Origin: Epithemia pelagica
Taxonomy: Eukaryota; Protista; Bacillariophyta
Direction of reading: 5' to 3'
NCBI GenBank assembly: GCA_946965045.2
Contig: OX337234.1
Span: 3,162,001 to 3,226,000, forward strand
Length of the DNA: 64,000 nucleotides
How positions within the stretch are numbered: the first letter of the stretch is position 1; every line of letters begins with the position of its first letter. The translations under genes were made by a program, and so were the position numbers. The notes beneath the pieces were generated by a model. It was given only the letters and a program-made list of their open reading frames with translations, was not told the origin of the DNA and did not search any database. This document shows, in pieces, positions 1 through 10,446 of the stretch.

Positions 1-132
1 GGCCTCTCGTATGCCGAAATTGAAAAGATGTCAAAAGCAATCAAGTGTCACCGATCCGCCTTCGACCAAGATCATGGCTTCATCTCACGTCTCTGGAGAG
101 AAACGCAAGGATCTGGTGCAGTAGAAACCTGA
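1..132 (+). CDS. C-terminal end of a probable DDE (Tc1/mariner-like) transposase, cut by window start
   Basis: Frame 1 reads GLSYAEIEKMSKAIKCHRSAFDQDHGFISRLWRETQGSGAVET*. The K-x-HR-x-A-x-D-x-D-x-GFI tail resembles C-termini I recall from stramenopile DNA transposases; no catalytic motif is visible here. Confidence 0.4.
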   Translation, partial: GLSYAEIEKMSKAIKCHRSAFDQDHGFISRLWRETQGSGAVET

Positions 133-541
133 TCTAATCTCCATTTATCATCAAAATGCATGTAACTTTCTATTTATAACAGCAATCCATTTTATTGAAT
201 GTATTTCTTGTCAGTTATTGGTATCAATGATCACTTCCGTGTTGCGTGCTCGTGTTGCGTGTTGGATTATCAGTTTGTAAGTACCTCGAAAATGTGAGAG
301 AGCGAGAAAATGGACGATTTTCGGAGCAGACCTCGCGCGAAACACGCCTCCCTCTCCGAAAACGCGCACGCATCGCAAAACTGGCACGCAAATCCTTAAG
401 TAACTCAGCCCACATACCAAAACTTCACCGTTTTTTAGTATGTGAGCTCAAGATTTTTTTTGGAATGTGAGCTGAGGGCTGAGGAGAATGCTGCGTTTCG
501 TGTTTCTTGTGTTTCGTGTTTCGAGTTTTTGCGTTTCGACC

Positions 542-1828
542 ATGGGGAAACCAAGCCCTAAGAAACAGTATTCAAAAGCAGGCGCTCAAAAACGAGACAG
601 CATGAGTGACAAAGGAAATCTTGACGCTCTTATACTTGCAATAGATGCAGCGGAAGAGCAGTCAGCCAAAGCAGCAGCGGCGCCCGAAGCAGCAGCAGCC
701 GCAGCACCCGAAGCAGCAGCAACAGACGAAGCGACAACAACAAAGCACCATCGGTTTCTTTCGGATCAAGACTTTGCCGAAGTGAAGGATAAAAAGCTTG
801 CAGATGTTCGGCGTGGCCATCCAGAGAAGGACCACAGCAAACAGTATTCGGAAACTCAAATGCGGCAGCTCCTCACCGATACGCGCACAGCGGACTACAA
901 GAAAGGCGTCGTCGAGGAAGTGGAGAAACTCCCTTCTCGTTCTGGACGGGATCCAATCAGGACTTTCACCGAAGGCCTCAAGACGCTCTCCAAGATCAAA
1001 GACAGTGCTGTACTTGCCTGTGCTATAGGAGAGTATGTCTCACGGAAGATTTCGGCCACTTTTTCGGTCAAAGAAGCTCCAATTCGGAAGCCCGGTTCTG
1101 GCTTGCAAAAGGGGAAGATTGTGCCACTTTCGGGTGGAATGGGTCTCCCTGTCAAGAAGAACAGAAAACATACCTTCCCGATCGGCAAGCATGTCGGTTA
1201 CACATTTGCGAACAATCCGGTAGTCAAGATCTACCTTGGAAAAGTGCTTCTGTTTGAGGTGAAGGAGTCAAAACTCCCAGGCGCCGGGTTTGGCGTTTTT
1301 GCAGTTCGGACAATCAAAGATGGTGAAGTGATTGGCGCGTACACAGGAAACGACGTCACGTCTCGGACAGTTGTACCCAACGAGTACGCGATTCAGTTTG
1401 GACGTGACAATCGAAGGCTTCAAGCAGACAACGACGATCACTTCGGCATGGGGCTGCACTTAATCAACGACCACATACACCATCGGTACGGTACAGACAA
1501 TCCACCGGATGAATCGGATGATCAATACAACGTGAGAATCATGCCAAATCTTCTAGTCAAGGCAATCAAGCCGATCGAAAAGGGCGGCGAGCTGTCTTTG
1601 TTTTATTGTAGGAGTACTTGGTTTGTCGGGGAGTCTGTGCGTCGCCCCCCGGCCTTCGCTGTGGACTGTGGACCCGACGAGTCTTGGTCGCCGTGGGGTG
1701 ATCACCGGGAAATACTCACCCCCGCTGGGGGGTACACCGTAACCACAACAACAGATTTTTGTGCAATGAGCAAAGGAAACAATCGTAGAAATCATCATGT
1801 CGAGCGACGAGCAAGGAAACATGTCTGA
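542..1828 (+). CDS. SET-domain protein (putative lysine methyltransferase); C-terminal ~40 codons run through motif M
   Basis: SET motifs SKLPGAGFGVFAVRTIKDGEVIGAYTG, GLHLINDH, KAIKPIEKGGELSLFY; APEAAA repeats near the N-terminus; accATG at 542 preferred over the track start 488. Confidence 0.75.
   Translation: MGKPSPKKQYSKAGAQKRDSMSDKGNLDALILAIDAAEEQSAKAAAAPEAAAAAAPEAAATDEATTTKHHRFLSDQDFAEVKDKKLADVRRGHPEKDHSKQYSETQMRQLLTDTRTADYKKGVVEEVEKLPSRSGRDPIRTFTEGLKTLSKIKDSAVLACAIGEYVSRKISATFSVKEAPIRKPGSGLQKGKIVPLSGGMGLPVKKNRKHTFPIGKHVGYTFANNPVVKIYLGKVLLFEVKESKLPGAGFGVFAVRTIKDGEVIGAYTGNDVTSRTVVPNEYAIQFGRDNRRLQADNDDHFGMGLHLINDHIHHRYGTDNPPDESDDQYNVRIMPNLLVKAIKPIEKGGELSLFYCRSTWFVGESVRRPPAFAVDCGPDESWSPWGDHREILTPAGGYTVTTTTDFCAMSKGNNRRNHHVERRARKHV
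1702..1767 (+). repeat. Motif M copy 1 (~65 bp, upstream of a CR-NTPase gene)
   Basis: tcaccgggaaatactcacccccgctggggggtacaccgtaaccacaacaacagatttttgtgcaat; near-identical at 15491, 40486, 43666 and inverted at 51574. Confidence 0.9.
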
Positions 1829-2372
1829 GCAAAGTGTTTGGGTCAAGGTCATCCGAAAAACGGGCGGAGACAATTATGAGGACCTCGGAGATCCGTTTCA
1901 GATAGTGCCGCGTCCGGCGAACGTGAGTCACTTGCGCGAGAAAGTCAAGGAAGAGGCGGCAAACAACCTTGCGCATGTTGACGCTAATGAACTCCTTGTG
2001 TTTGCGCCTGATAAAGACTACGAGAATGAGGAGAATCAAATGGACACTTGGGATGCAGTCGAGGAAATTAAAACGAGTTCCAACGAAAGAAACGCACCGT
2101 ACCCGCTGATTGTGGTGGCAACTAAAGAGAAGCTAAACAAGCAAGAAGAGCCATCTGCAAAGAAGGCAAAAAACTTCTCGGAGCTTGTCGCCAAGGATGA
2201 CTACCAAGCCGCAGTCAAATTGCTTAAAGAAAGTGCGGGAGGATACCTTGCAAGAGGATTCGATCCCAAGGTATACCGCGAACCTCATCTTTCTGTGGGC
2301 ACGTGGAACAAAGAGGAGATTCAGCAACAACTCTGCGAAAAGCGCGAATTGATTGAAAAAAGACTTGCTTCT
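1797..2372 (+). pseudogene. Crinkler/CR-type effector copy 1, 5' part (Ubl-like header), interrupted by the copia element
   Basis: Header VWVKV...LREKVKEE...LAHVDANELLVF...PLIVV; frame ends at LAS| exactly where intact copies continue LASFKPTDRQK. Confidence 0.85.
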
Positions 2373-2874
2373 TATCAGAGTCACTAGCATACACTGGGTA
2401 TACTAATAGCTAGGGGAATACCGCGTAGTCGGGGTGGAGATTGATCAAGTCTCCACACCAACCTAGAAGTCTTTTGTGTTGCAAAAACTCCTGTATCGAT
2501 ATTATGATTAAAGCTATAGAGTAAACAAAGTGATCTTGAGTTCCTCATTTTGATTCCTCGCTTTGGTTTCCAGGAATTGATCTGCTATCTTGCAACGCAC
2601 AGCTTGATTCAAATGGACGATAGTTATCTCATTTGTTGTTTGTTGTGTCATAGGTTAGTTAGCAAAACATGAGTGTCGTAGACACAAACGGCGAGTGGCC
2701 CGGCGTTCTGTGGCGCCAAAGCCCATCCTGCGCGTTATGCATGCGCGGATTCCGACATGTAGGCTTATATCATTGGGTCATGCAACACAAACTGCCAGTC
2801 GTGCGAATTCAATATTTCAAAACACAAATACAAATTTGGAAACGCGACTGGTGCTAAAAACATAAACTGCGACT
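2373..2874 (-). repeat. Copia 3' LTR (502 bp)
   Basis: Direct repeat of 9940-10441 (offset 7567); the internal small ORFs translate identically. Confidence 0.95.
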
Positions 2875-2900
2875 CTCCCTCTTGGGCTTGGTGTCACAGG

Positions 2901-4432
2901 TCACCATCCTTGATTTAGTTTTCGGATGGTCTCAAAGGTTTCTCGAGCCAGACCTTTCGTGAGGATGTCGGCCCGTTGCAACTTGATGTCGATTTTGGAA
3001 ATCGTAATCGTTCGATCTTCCATATTGGATTTCGAGGACACAATGGTTGCGTTTGTGGCTTTCACCTGGGACCAAAACCAGTGCCACTTGTTGTTTAGCG
3101 AGCGAGATCGAGAGGTGAGACGTTGGTTGGTGGCCACAAGGTAAGCACTATTGTTGTCCTCATGGACTTCTGCAGTAATCCGTGGCACACTTGGATTGAT
3201 TCTCACACAAGAGTTTAACTCGTTCAAGACTTCTTGCAACCAGACTACAACTCGCATGGCTTGGGACAGAGCCACGTATTCGGAGTGAAAGGTGCTCGTT
3301 GCAATTTCGCTTTGCAATTGAGATTTCCAAACCAGAGGACTTCCCCCGAAAAAGATGATATACCCAGTTCGGGACTTGGCGCTTGTTGGATCATCTTCTG
3401 GTTCTCGGCCGTGCAGACCCATGAAGTCTGCATCGACGTAACAATCAAGCCGATAATCTTTGCTTGGGCGAAAGATGGTGCCGTTGTCGATGGTCCGTGA
3501 GAGATATCGGATGATGGCTTTGACGGCTTGAGCGTGCGATTGTTTTGGATCATTGGAAAAACGTGCCACTTGGCTCACGGCAAACGTTATATCTGGCCGT
3601 GTGTTGGTGGAGAGATACAACAACATACCAACCACTGACCGATAGTTCCAATTGTCTTTCATGGGAGGTCCGTTGGGATCACTTCCCAATCCAATCTGCG
3701 CTGCAGGGGTCCAATTTCCGTTGCAGTCTTCCATCTTTGTGGTTTGGAGGATGCGCTTGATTAAGCCGGGTTGAGTCATTACAATCTCGTCCTTGTTCCG
3801 CTTGAAATCGATTCCCAGGTATTCTGCGAAATCGGAGTCTTTTGACAATTCGAAACCTTTTGTTTTCAGTCGTTCAATGAATGCATCCACAAGAGTCATG
3901 GTGGGTGCAACGATGCCACAATCATCCACCCAAATAAAGAGTAGCATGTCTGGTTTCATGAAGAAACATTCGTCATAGTCGCTTTTCTTGAAACCATCTT
4001 CCAAAAGAGCTTCAATGAGTTTTTCATACCATAATCTAGGGGCAATGGTCAAACCGTAGAGACTCTTCAGTAGACGTAGGCAGGTGGGTTCTGAGCGGGT
4101 TGACTTGAAACCAGGTGGTATGTGGATCCAGATGGGTTCCTTGAGTTTTGCCTGGACGAAGGCATTGCTGAAGTCTATGCATACCATTACCCATTGTTGA
4201 CTTAGGGCGTAGATCATGCAAATTCGGATGATTGCCCAATTTACAACTGGTGAATAGGCGTCTGGTGCTTGTTCTTGAAGGTCGCCTCTCACGCAGTAGC
4301 GTCCTTTGTGCTTCTTGATTGTTCCATCGGCGTGGCGTTTTCGTTTGAAAACCCATGTGCCTGGTAGAATCTTGGTTTTGGCAGCCGACTGTGGCTCTTC
4401 AATCCATGTCTCTTTTTCTGTTAGCTCATCAA
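2901..4432 (-). pseudogene. Copia reverse transcriptase + RNase H, out of frame with upstream pol
   Basis: GTWVFKRKR, CIDFSNAFVQA, SLYGL, IWVDD, YVDADF, EDNNSA, ADILTKGL. Confidence 0.93.
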
Positions 4433-7400
4433 AACAGCATGGTCGACGGCCATGGGCCAAAGAGTTGGGTCTGCAACTTCGGGCCAATGGGTCGCGGCGT
4501 GTAACATCATGGTCCTTGCCATGGACATGATGGTTTGGATGCTGCGCTCTGCCACGCCATTGTGGTGGTGTGCGCCTACACCGGCAAAGCTTGTTACTTG
4601 CTGAAAGGCTTGCAGGTGCTCGGTGTATTTCTTCGAGGTGAAGGCGGTGCCATTGTCTGTGTGATATTGTTGAATGATCACTCCTTGGTTCTGACATCGT
4701 TGTTCGTATTCTGTTTTTGCTTTTAGTGTTTGGTGGGTGTTAAGGTGAGTTTGCATGGATACGTCGATGTATCCACTTGCGTGGTCTACGAAAATGCATC
4801 CACCGCTAAGCATTGCTTCTTCTTTGGTTTTGCCTTTTGATGTGTAGAGGCGTCCTTTTGTCGAGCAGATGAAGTGGTCTGCGGAAACTTGTTGACCGGG
4901 AAAAAGGTGGTTCTTTTTCAGGGCTCCTTCTTTGTCTTGTATTTTGACGGTTTTCTGTCCTGGGGAGTGCCTGGTCTTTTGTTTTCCATAAAGACAAGCG
5001 GCACACAACGGAGGAGTTGTCAGTTTGCAGACGGCGGTGTGAAGTCGTCGCGACGACTCATCATTTGACAATACACCAGAGCGGAGAACAAACTGGACGA
5101 CGCGGAAAGGTGCATGTCCAAACCAGATGTGCCATTGACTCCAGACCTTTTGTGGCGCTGAAAGGTTTATGTTTCGTTCGTCGACTGTGGTGACAGTGGC
5201 AACGAATGCAGAGACTGAACGGTTCACTCCTAGTCGGTGGTAGCAGATGCTTTTCGGTAAGTTGCTTTCGGCTTCGATTTCGACTTTTATTGGTCCTCGA
5301 GCAGGGTCGTTTCTCACACCGCTAAGTTTGAGTCCTTGTGGTTCGATTTTTATGGTTTCCCCTTGGTATCGTTGTAAGAGGCTGCTTGTACTGAGAAGCC
5401 GACAGCCAGCTGCGGGTATGTACAGAGCAAGGAGTTCGATGCATCGTAGCCGTCCATGGACGTCTTTGATGTACCATTCCACGACTCCTTGGCTTTCGAC
5501 TTGTGCTCCTTCGGCCAAACCTTGGACCTGATAGTCAGGAGGTACGTCCCTCACTTTGTTTGGAATGAAATCGCTCTTGTCGTTCGTGATGGAGACACTT
5601 GCGCCTGAATCCCAAATGAGGAGAAAAGCTTGTTTGTCTTCCATTTCTGACTGAAATTTTCGTGGATGATTGATTGCAGCTTGGAGCGCCAGATTTTGGC
5701 TCATGGTGTAAGCATGTGCCTGTATGGTGGTGGTGCTCATGAGTGATGGAAGTGGCTGTGGTCCTTGCAGTGGTCTAATCGTTGTCTTGTTTGTCCTGTC
5801 TCGTTTGTGTTTCTTACGGTTTCGTCGATGTTTTGGTTTCCGTGGTTTGGACTTTGGGTGAGATCGGTGTCGGTCGTGGTGAGAGCGAGGTTTCGGTGCC
5901 ACAGCAATGGCATGGGTTGGCTGGTATTCTCCCTCTGATGTGGTACAGAGACCGAGTGCTGATCGCAGCCATCGTCCAACAGAGCGGACCAAGGACATGC
6001 CAGAGTTTGGTAGAAGATATGTGACAATCAACCGGTGGGTGAGACAATCCACGGGTGAGTGGGAAGGACGCGACAAAGAGTGGACAATCTGCAAAGCAGC
6101 TGTGGCGCCTCCAAAACAGGAAAGGAGGTATGGGAGTGCCTGTCTTGGAGCCAGATGTGGACCAATATACAACAAACCAGTGCCGAGCAAACCGGTGAGA
6201 GCGCCTTGCTTCACGGTTATCATCAGTGTTCTTGTAGAAGTCAGTGGTGGGAAGAATTGATGACGATTGGGATTAGAAGGAAGGTTCAGACGGAGTGGTT
6301 TCTTTTTCTTTCGTTTCGGTTTTGTCGTAAACTTGGTGGTCGCGACATGGGCGGCTGGTTTGCTGGGCAGGTTGGTCAGATGTTCGTCGTGGGAGTCCGG
6401 GGTGATGTCATTTGGATTGATGGTGATATCCATGGCATGACCAGGGAGTCCTTGTTTGTTCTGCTTGATGATGATGGCACCATAGTCGGAGATGGTGGCC
6501 AACTCCCATGCTGTGTGCAGGGTACTGCTCAGACTTGGTGTTTCCATGCTGAGACGGCTGTGATGTACTTGCTCGTCTAGTTGGAGAGCGGTTAGTGCTT
6601 CCTTCAGTTTCTGTTGGAGAGAAGGTAGTTGTTGTTCTAAAGTCTTCTTCAAACGTGGATTTTCTTCTTTGTGATAGGCTGTGTGTGTGTGGATAAAGTG
6701 CTCCACTAGGCTCTCAATGTGGTCTTGACGGATGGCTGGGTCGTCTTCTCCCATCATTTGCCTTTGACGAGTTGCGAAGGGAATAATGGGAGAGGAGGGA
6801 CGTTTCTTGGGGGCTGAGGGCTCGCCCGGCGCGTGGAAGAGTCGTGTTGGGGTGATGAACGACAGATCTAGGCTGTTGGGCGAGAGTGCACTGTTAGTAC
6901 TGGGAGGCGTTTCCCACTCAATGGGGGATATTTCATCGTCTTGAATCGCCGGCATCTTCCTATCAGGTGTTGCTTGGTCTTGTTCATGGAAGTTGGGCGG
7001 TTCCTTTTGGTCTTGTTCGTGATTCACTGGACAGTCTGACGGAATTTTCGTGTGGATGTCAGTGTTCTGTGGATCTGCATTCTTGTCGAATGTGAATGTT
7101 GCTTCATAGAAGTCATACCAGGTGTCGTCGGTTCGTTCAGTTTCGCCGACATTTGAGTTGTTGTACTCTTTCCAAGGTGAGTTGATGGTTGCCACTTTGG
7201 CAGTGAGATTCAGTTTATTTAGATCTACGGTAAAGTCGATGTCCGGTGGTTCGGGTGCTGGATCTTGTTCTTCATCTGTCTCACTCTCGTTGTTTGTTTC
7301 GTTTGCCATCGTAGGTGGGCAGGCTCCGTCGTTGTTGTCATCATCGTGATCGTTGTCATCTGCTTCGTCGTCGGCGTCTCCATTTGGGTCGTCGTCGTCG

Positions 7401-8629
7401 GTGTCTTCATCTTCTTCCTCTTCGTCATCTTCTTCATCGTCTTGGTCATTTTCTCCGTCGGCTGCATCGTTGTCGGTGGTGCTTGCGGTGTCACCTGTCT
7501 CGGTAGCTTCGTCGTCGGAGTCTTCTGGTGGATGAACAATGCGGTGCAGGTTCATGACGCGGCGTAGTTCATCCGTTGCAGCTTGGATGAAGGCTTGTCG
7601 GATGTTGGGTGGAAGAGCCATCAAATCTCGGTTTGGGGCGTTTGGATCGTTGTCTTCTTCTTCGTCCGATGATTCTGCGATTGAGAGGTCGTCGGGGTCA
7701 ATGAATGTGAGGGGACGAAATGTTGCCGGAGCTTGATGAAGGCCATAGGGTGTGATTGGTCGTGGAACGAGAGGTGGGAGTTCGACCGATTCGTCGGTTT
7801 GGTCGGAATCGACGTTCCTGAACAGAGAGGCCAAGTCTGGATCCTCTTCTTCGTCGTCTTGAAAGCGTGGAATCAGTGGAGGCGGTTCTGTGGTTGCGGA
7901 GCTTTCATCGCTTGCATCGTTGGATTTGGCGTCGTCGCAACAATCAACCGGTCTCGTATCCAACAACATGTCGGTGGTTTCAACGGTGTTGTTGAGGAGA
8001 GACTCGTTTTGTGTGGTGTCTCGACGTTCTTCTCCCTCTGAAACAACAATCGACACATTATCATCATCATCTTCGGGGCCCGATGCGGAGAACGTGTCCC
8101 AGAACGAGTCAGGGATAGATGGCATGCTGTCGATGTCGTCTTGGGTTTGATCAGGAGCGACAGAGTCAAAATCTTCGACTGAGAGGAGGTTTCGGACGGG
8201 AAATCGTGCTGCCCAGGCGCCAGCATCAAGATCTAGGGAGATCATGTTTGCCTGAGGGGCTGTGATTCCGCCAGGGTTGGATGTTTTCTTGTTGGACTTG
8301 GAGTGCCCCTTGTAGTCATCCGAGTGCTGTGCCGTGGAGTGGGTGCCGGTCCATCGGCCGCAGTGGGCGCACCAGTACCAAGTTTTCCCTTCGACTGTCT
8401 TCGTTTCGGACTGTCCTTGGGAGGGTGCTTGGTACTTCCAGTTGACGGAGGATCCCGAGTTTGATTTGGTGGTTGTCTTGTTGTTGCTTCTGGAGGTGCG
8501 ATTGGAGTTTCCCTTTGGTTTCTGGTTGAGAGATCCGCGACTGCCACCGCGCGAGTGTGCGCGTGGTCCGGAAGCTTGCTTGGAACTTTTGTGGGGGACA
8601 ATCTTTCGCCCAGTGGTCGAAACTGCCAC
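4433..8629 (-). pseudogene. Copia pol 5' part: Zn-knuckle, long spacer, aspartic protease, integrase (C-terminally truncated)
   Basis: WYWCAHCGRWTGTHSTAQH; LLIWDSGAS; WHIWFGH...CAAC; VSADH, HTDNGTAF, NGVAERSI; ends at WPMAVDHAV where RT sequence joins. Confidence 0.9.
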
Positions 8630-9707
8630 AAATTAGACATGCTCCTTTCGACAAGGGGGTGTCGCCCATGTGTTGACGAAGGGCCATGGCTTGTACTTCC
8701 GAGAGGTTGGCAAAGGCTGCAGGAGGTGTCTTGGAGTCTTTGTTGTGGGTGGAAGCTGGCCATTTCTTGAGGTTCATGGCATCCATGTACAGAGCTTCGG
8801 CTTTGTCACAGATGTGGGCAAAAGAGAGTCCTTCTTTATCAAGAGTATCTTGTTGGTCTTGTTCCGTCATGTATCGAATCTCGAGAATTCGTTGCTGAAC
8901 TTGTGGGTACAGATTCAACAATCCAAGGTTGTACAGGGGATCTCCATTTGCGAGTGCAAAGGCTTGGAGAACGGACAAGGTAAGTGTTTGTTTGTAAAAT
9001 CCTGATGCAAACAGATCCTCACAATCTGCCTTCATGTGTGCAGCCATTTCAGAGATGTTCTGCCCTGGATACATGAATGGGGTTCGGCTTGCGATCTTGG
9101 CGGATAGAGCATCGTATTTCTGAACCGAGTCGGATTGGAGAAGGTTAATAAAAGTCATCCAGGTAACGAGAAAGGAGTCCGTTGTGTTCGTCTTTGTTTC
9201 TAACATCTTGCGAATCTTCAGTTCGACAGAGTCGAGGAGACACATGCGTGCAGCGGTGTCGTTCTCTGAATCATATGGGTCGAAGTTGGCGCAGTGCACA
9301 GGGGCTGCCTTCTGCACAAGCTTGAGGTTAAAGCGAGTGTGCTCATTGACAATGTGTCGCATCTCTTTTGGGTTGGCTGGATCGGCGAGGTAGCAGATGG
9401 TGTCGAGACCTCGGAGTACGAAGATGTCGTTGAGACGCTTCATAAATTCGTGGAGGTTGTCTCCCTTTTTGTAACGAATTGACAATCCACTGCAGCGAGT
9501 CTCGAATCCGGTGATGTCTTTGCCGAATCGTCGTTGGTGAGGAGTTGCAGGGTAGGTTTTGGCGGTTGGGTCGAGTCCTTTCCAGGTGGGGAGAGGCTTT
9601 CCGCCGGTCCAAGCCGCCCACTTGTACTCGTCGAGTTGAACAAGATCGCCCATTGTGGGCTTGGGTGGCTTGAAAGTGGGCTTGGGTGTAGTTTCAGAAC
9701 TTGCCAT
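8316..9707 (-). CDS. Copia gag
   Basis: 463-aa ORF just inside the 5' LTR with CCHC knuckle CLICGSFDHWAKDC; shifts into the pol frame at a C5 run (8593-8597). Confidence 0.85.
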   Translation of the reverse strand: MASSETTPKPTFKPPKPTMGDLVQLDEYKWAAWTGGKPLPTWKGLDPTAKTYPATPHQRRFGKDITGFETRCSGLSIRYKKGDNLHEFMKRLNDIFVLRGLDTICYLADPANPKEMRHIVNEHTRFNLKLVQKAAPVHCANFDPYDSENDTAARMCLLDSVELKIRKMLETKTNTTDSFLVTWMTFINLLQSDSVQKYDALSAKIASRTPFMYPGQNISEMAAHMKADCEDLFASGFYKQTLTLSVLQAFALANGDPLYNLGLLNLYPQVQQRILEIRYMTEQDQQDTLDKEGLSFAHICDKAEALYMDAMNLKKWPASTHNKDSKTPPAAFANLSEVQAMALRQHMGDTPLSKGACLICGSFDHWAKDCPPQKFQASFRTTRTLARWQSRISQPETKGKLQSHLQKQQQDNHQIKLGILRQLEVPSTLPRTVRNEDSRRENLVLVRPLRPMDRHPLHGTALG

Positions 9708-9939
9708 GCTGGAGGTGTCCGAGGCGTTTCCGTGAGAACTGGAACTGTTGAAGACGATTTCTTCTTCAATTGGCTCAAAGGAGAAGTGGCTCCCTAGAGT
9801 CGATGGCGAAGCGTCGCTTGGGGTAGACAGCTTGTTGGCCTGTCAAAAATCTCGAGAAGGGGTAGTCCGACGATGATGGTCGTTGGGCTAGAACAGAGGA
9901 AACGGTAGCGGGTTAGGCTGTAATTTGGGCGTAATAACC

Positions 9940-10441
9940 TATCAGAGTCACTAGCATACACTGGGTATACTAATAGCTAGGGGAATACCGCGTAGTCGGG
10001 GTGGAGATTGATCAAGTCTCCACACCAACCTAGAAGTCTTTTGTGTTGCAAAAACTCCTGTATCGATATTATGATTAAAGCTATAGAGTAAACAAAGTGA
10101 TCTTGAGTTCCTCATTTTGATTCCTCGCTTTGGTTTCCAGGAATTGATCTGCTATCTTGCAACGCACAGCTTGATTCAAATGGACGATAGTTATCTCATT
10201 TGTTGTTTGTTGTGTCATAGGTTAGTTAGCAAAACATGAGTGTCGTAGACACAAACGGCGAGTGGCCCGGCGTTCTGTGGCGCCAAAGCCCATCCTGCGC
10301 GTTATGCATGCGCGGATTCCGACATGTAGGCTTATATCATTGGGTCATGCAACACAAACTGCCAGTCGTGCGAATTCAATATTTCAAAACACAAATACAA
10401 ATTTGGAAACGCGACTGGTGCTAAAAACATAAACTGCGACT
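9940..10441 (-). repeat. Copia 5' LTR (502 bp)
   Basis: Direct repeat of 2373-2874. Confidence 0.95.
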
Positions 10442-10446
10442 CTTCT

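Larger units (their letters stand above)
2373..10441 (-). mobile_element. Ty1/copia LTR retrotransposon, internally deleted
   Basis: Two 502-bp LTRs that look identical by eye; TSD cttct(t) at 2368-2373 and 10442-10447 against the empty site gacttgcttctttcaagc in paralogs; PR-INT-RT-RH order; PPT-like purine tract at 2875-2885; PBS-like ggttattacgccc at 9927-9939 (minus strand). Confidence 0.95.
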
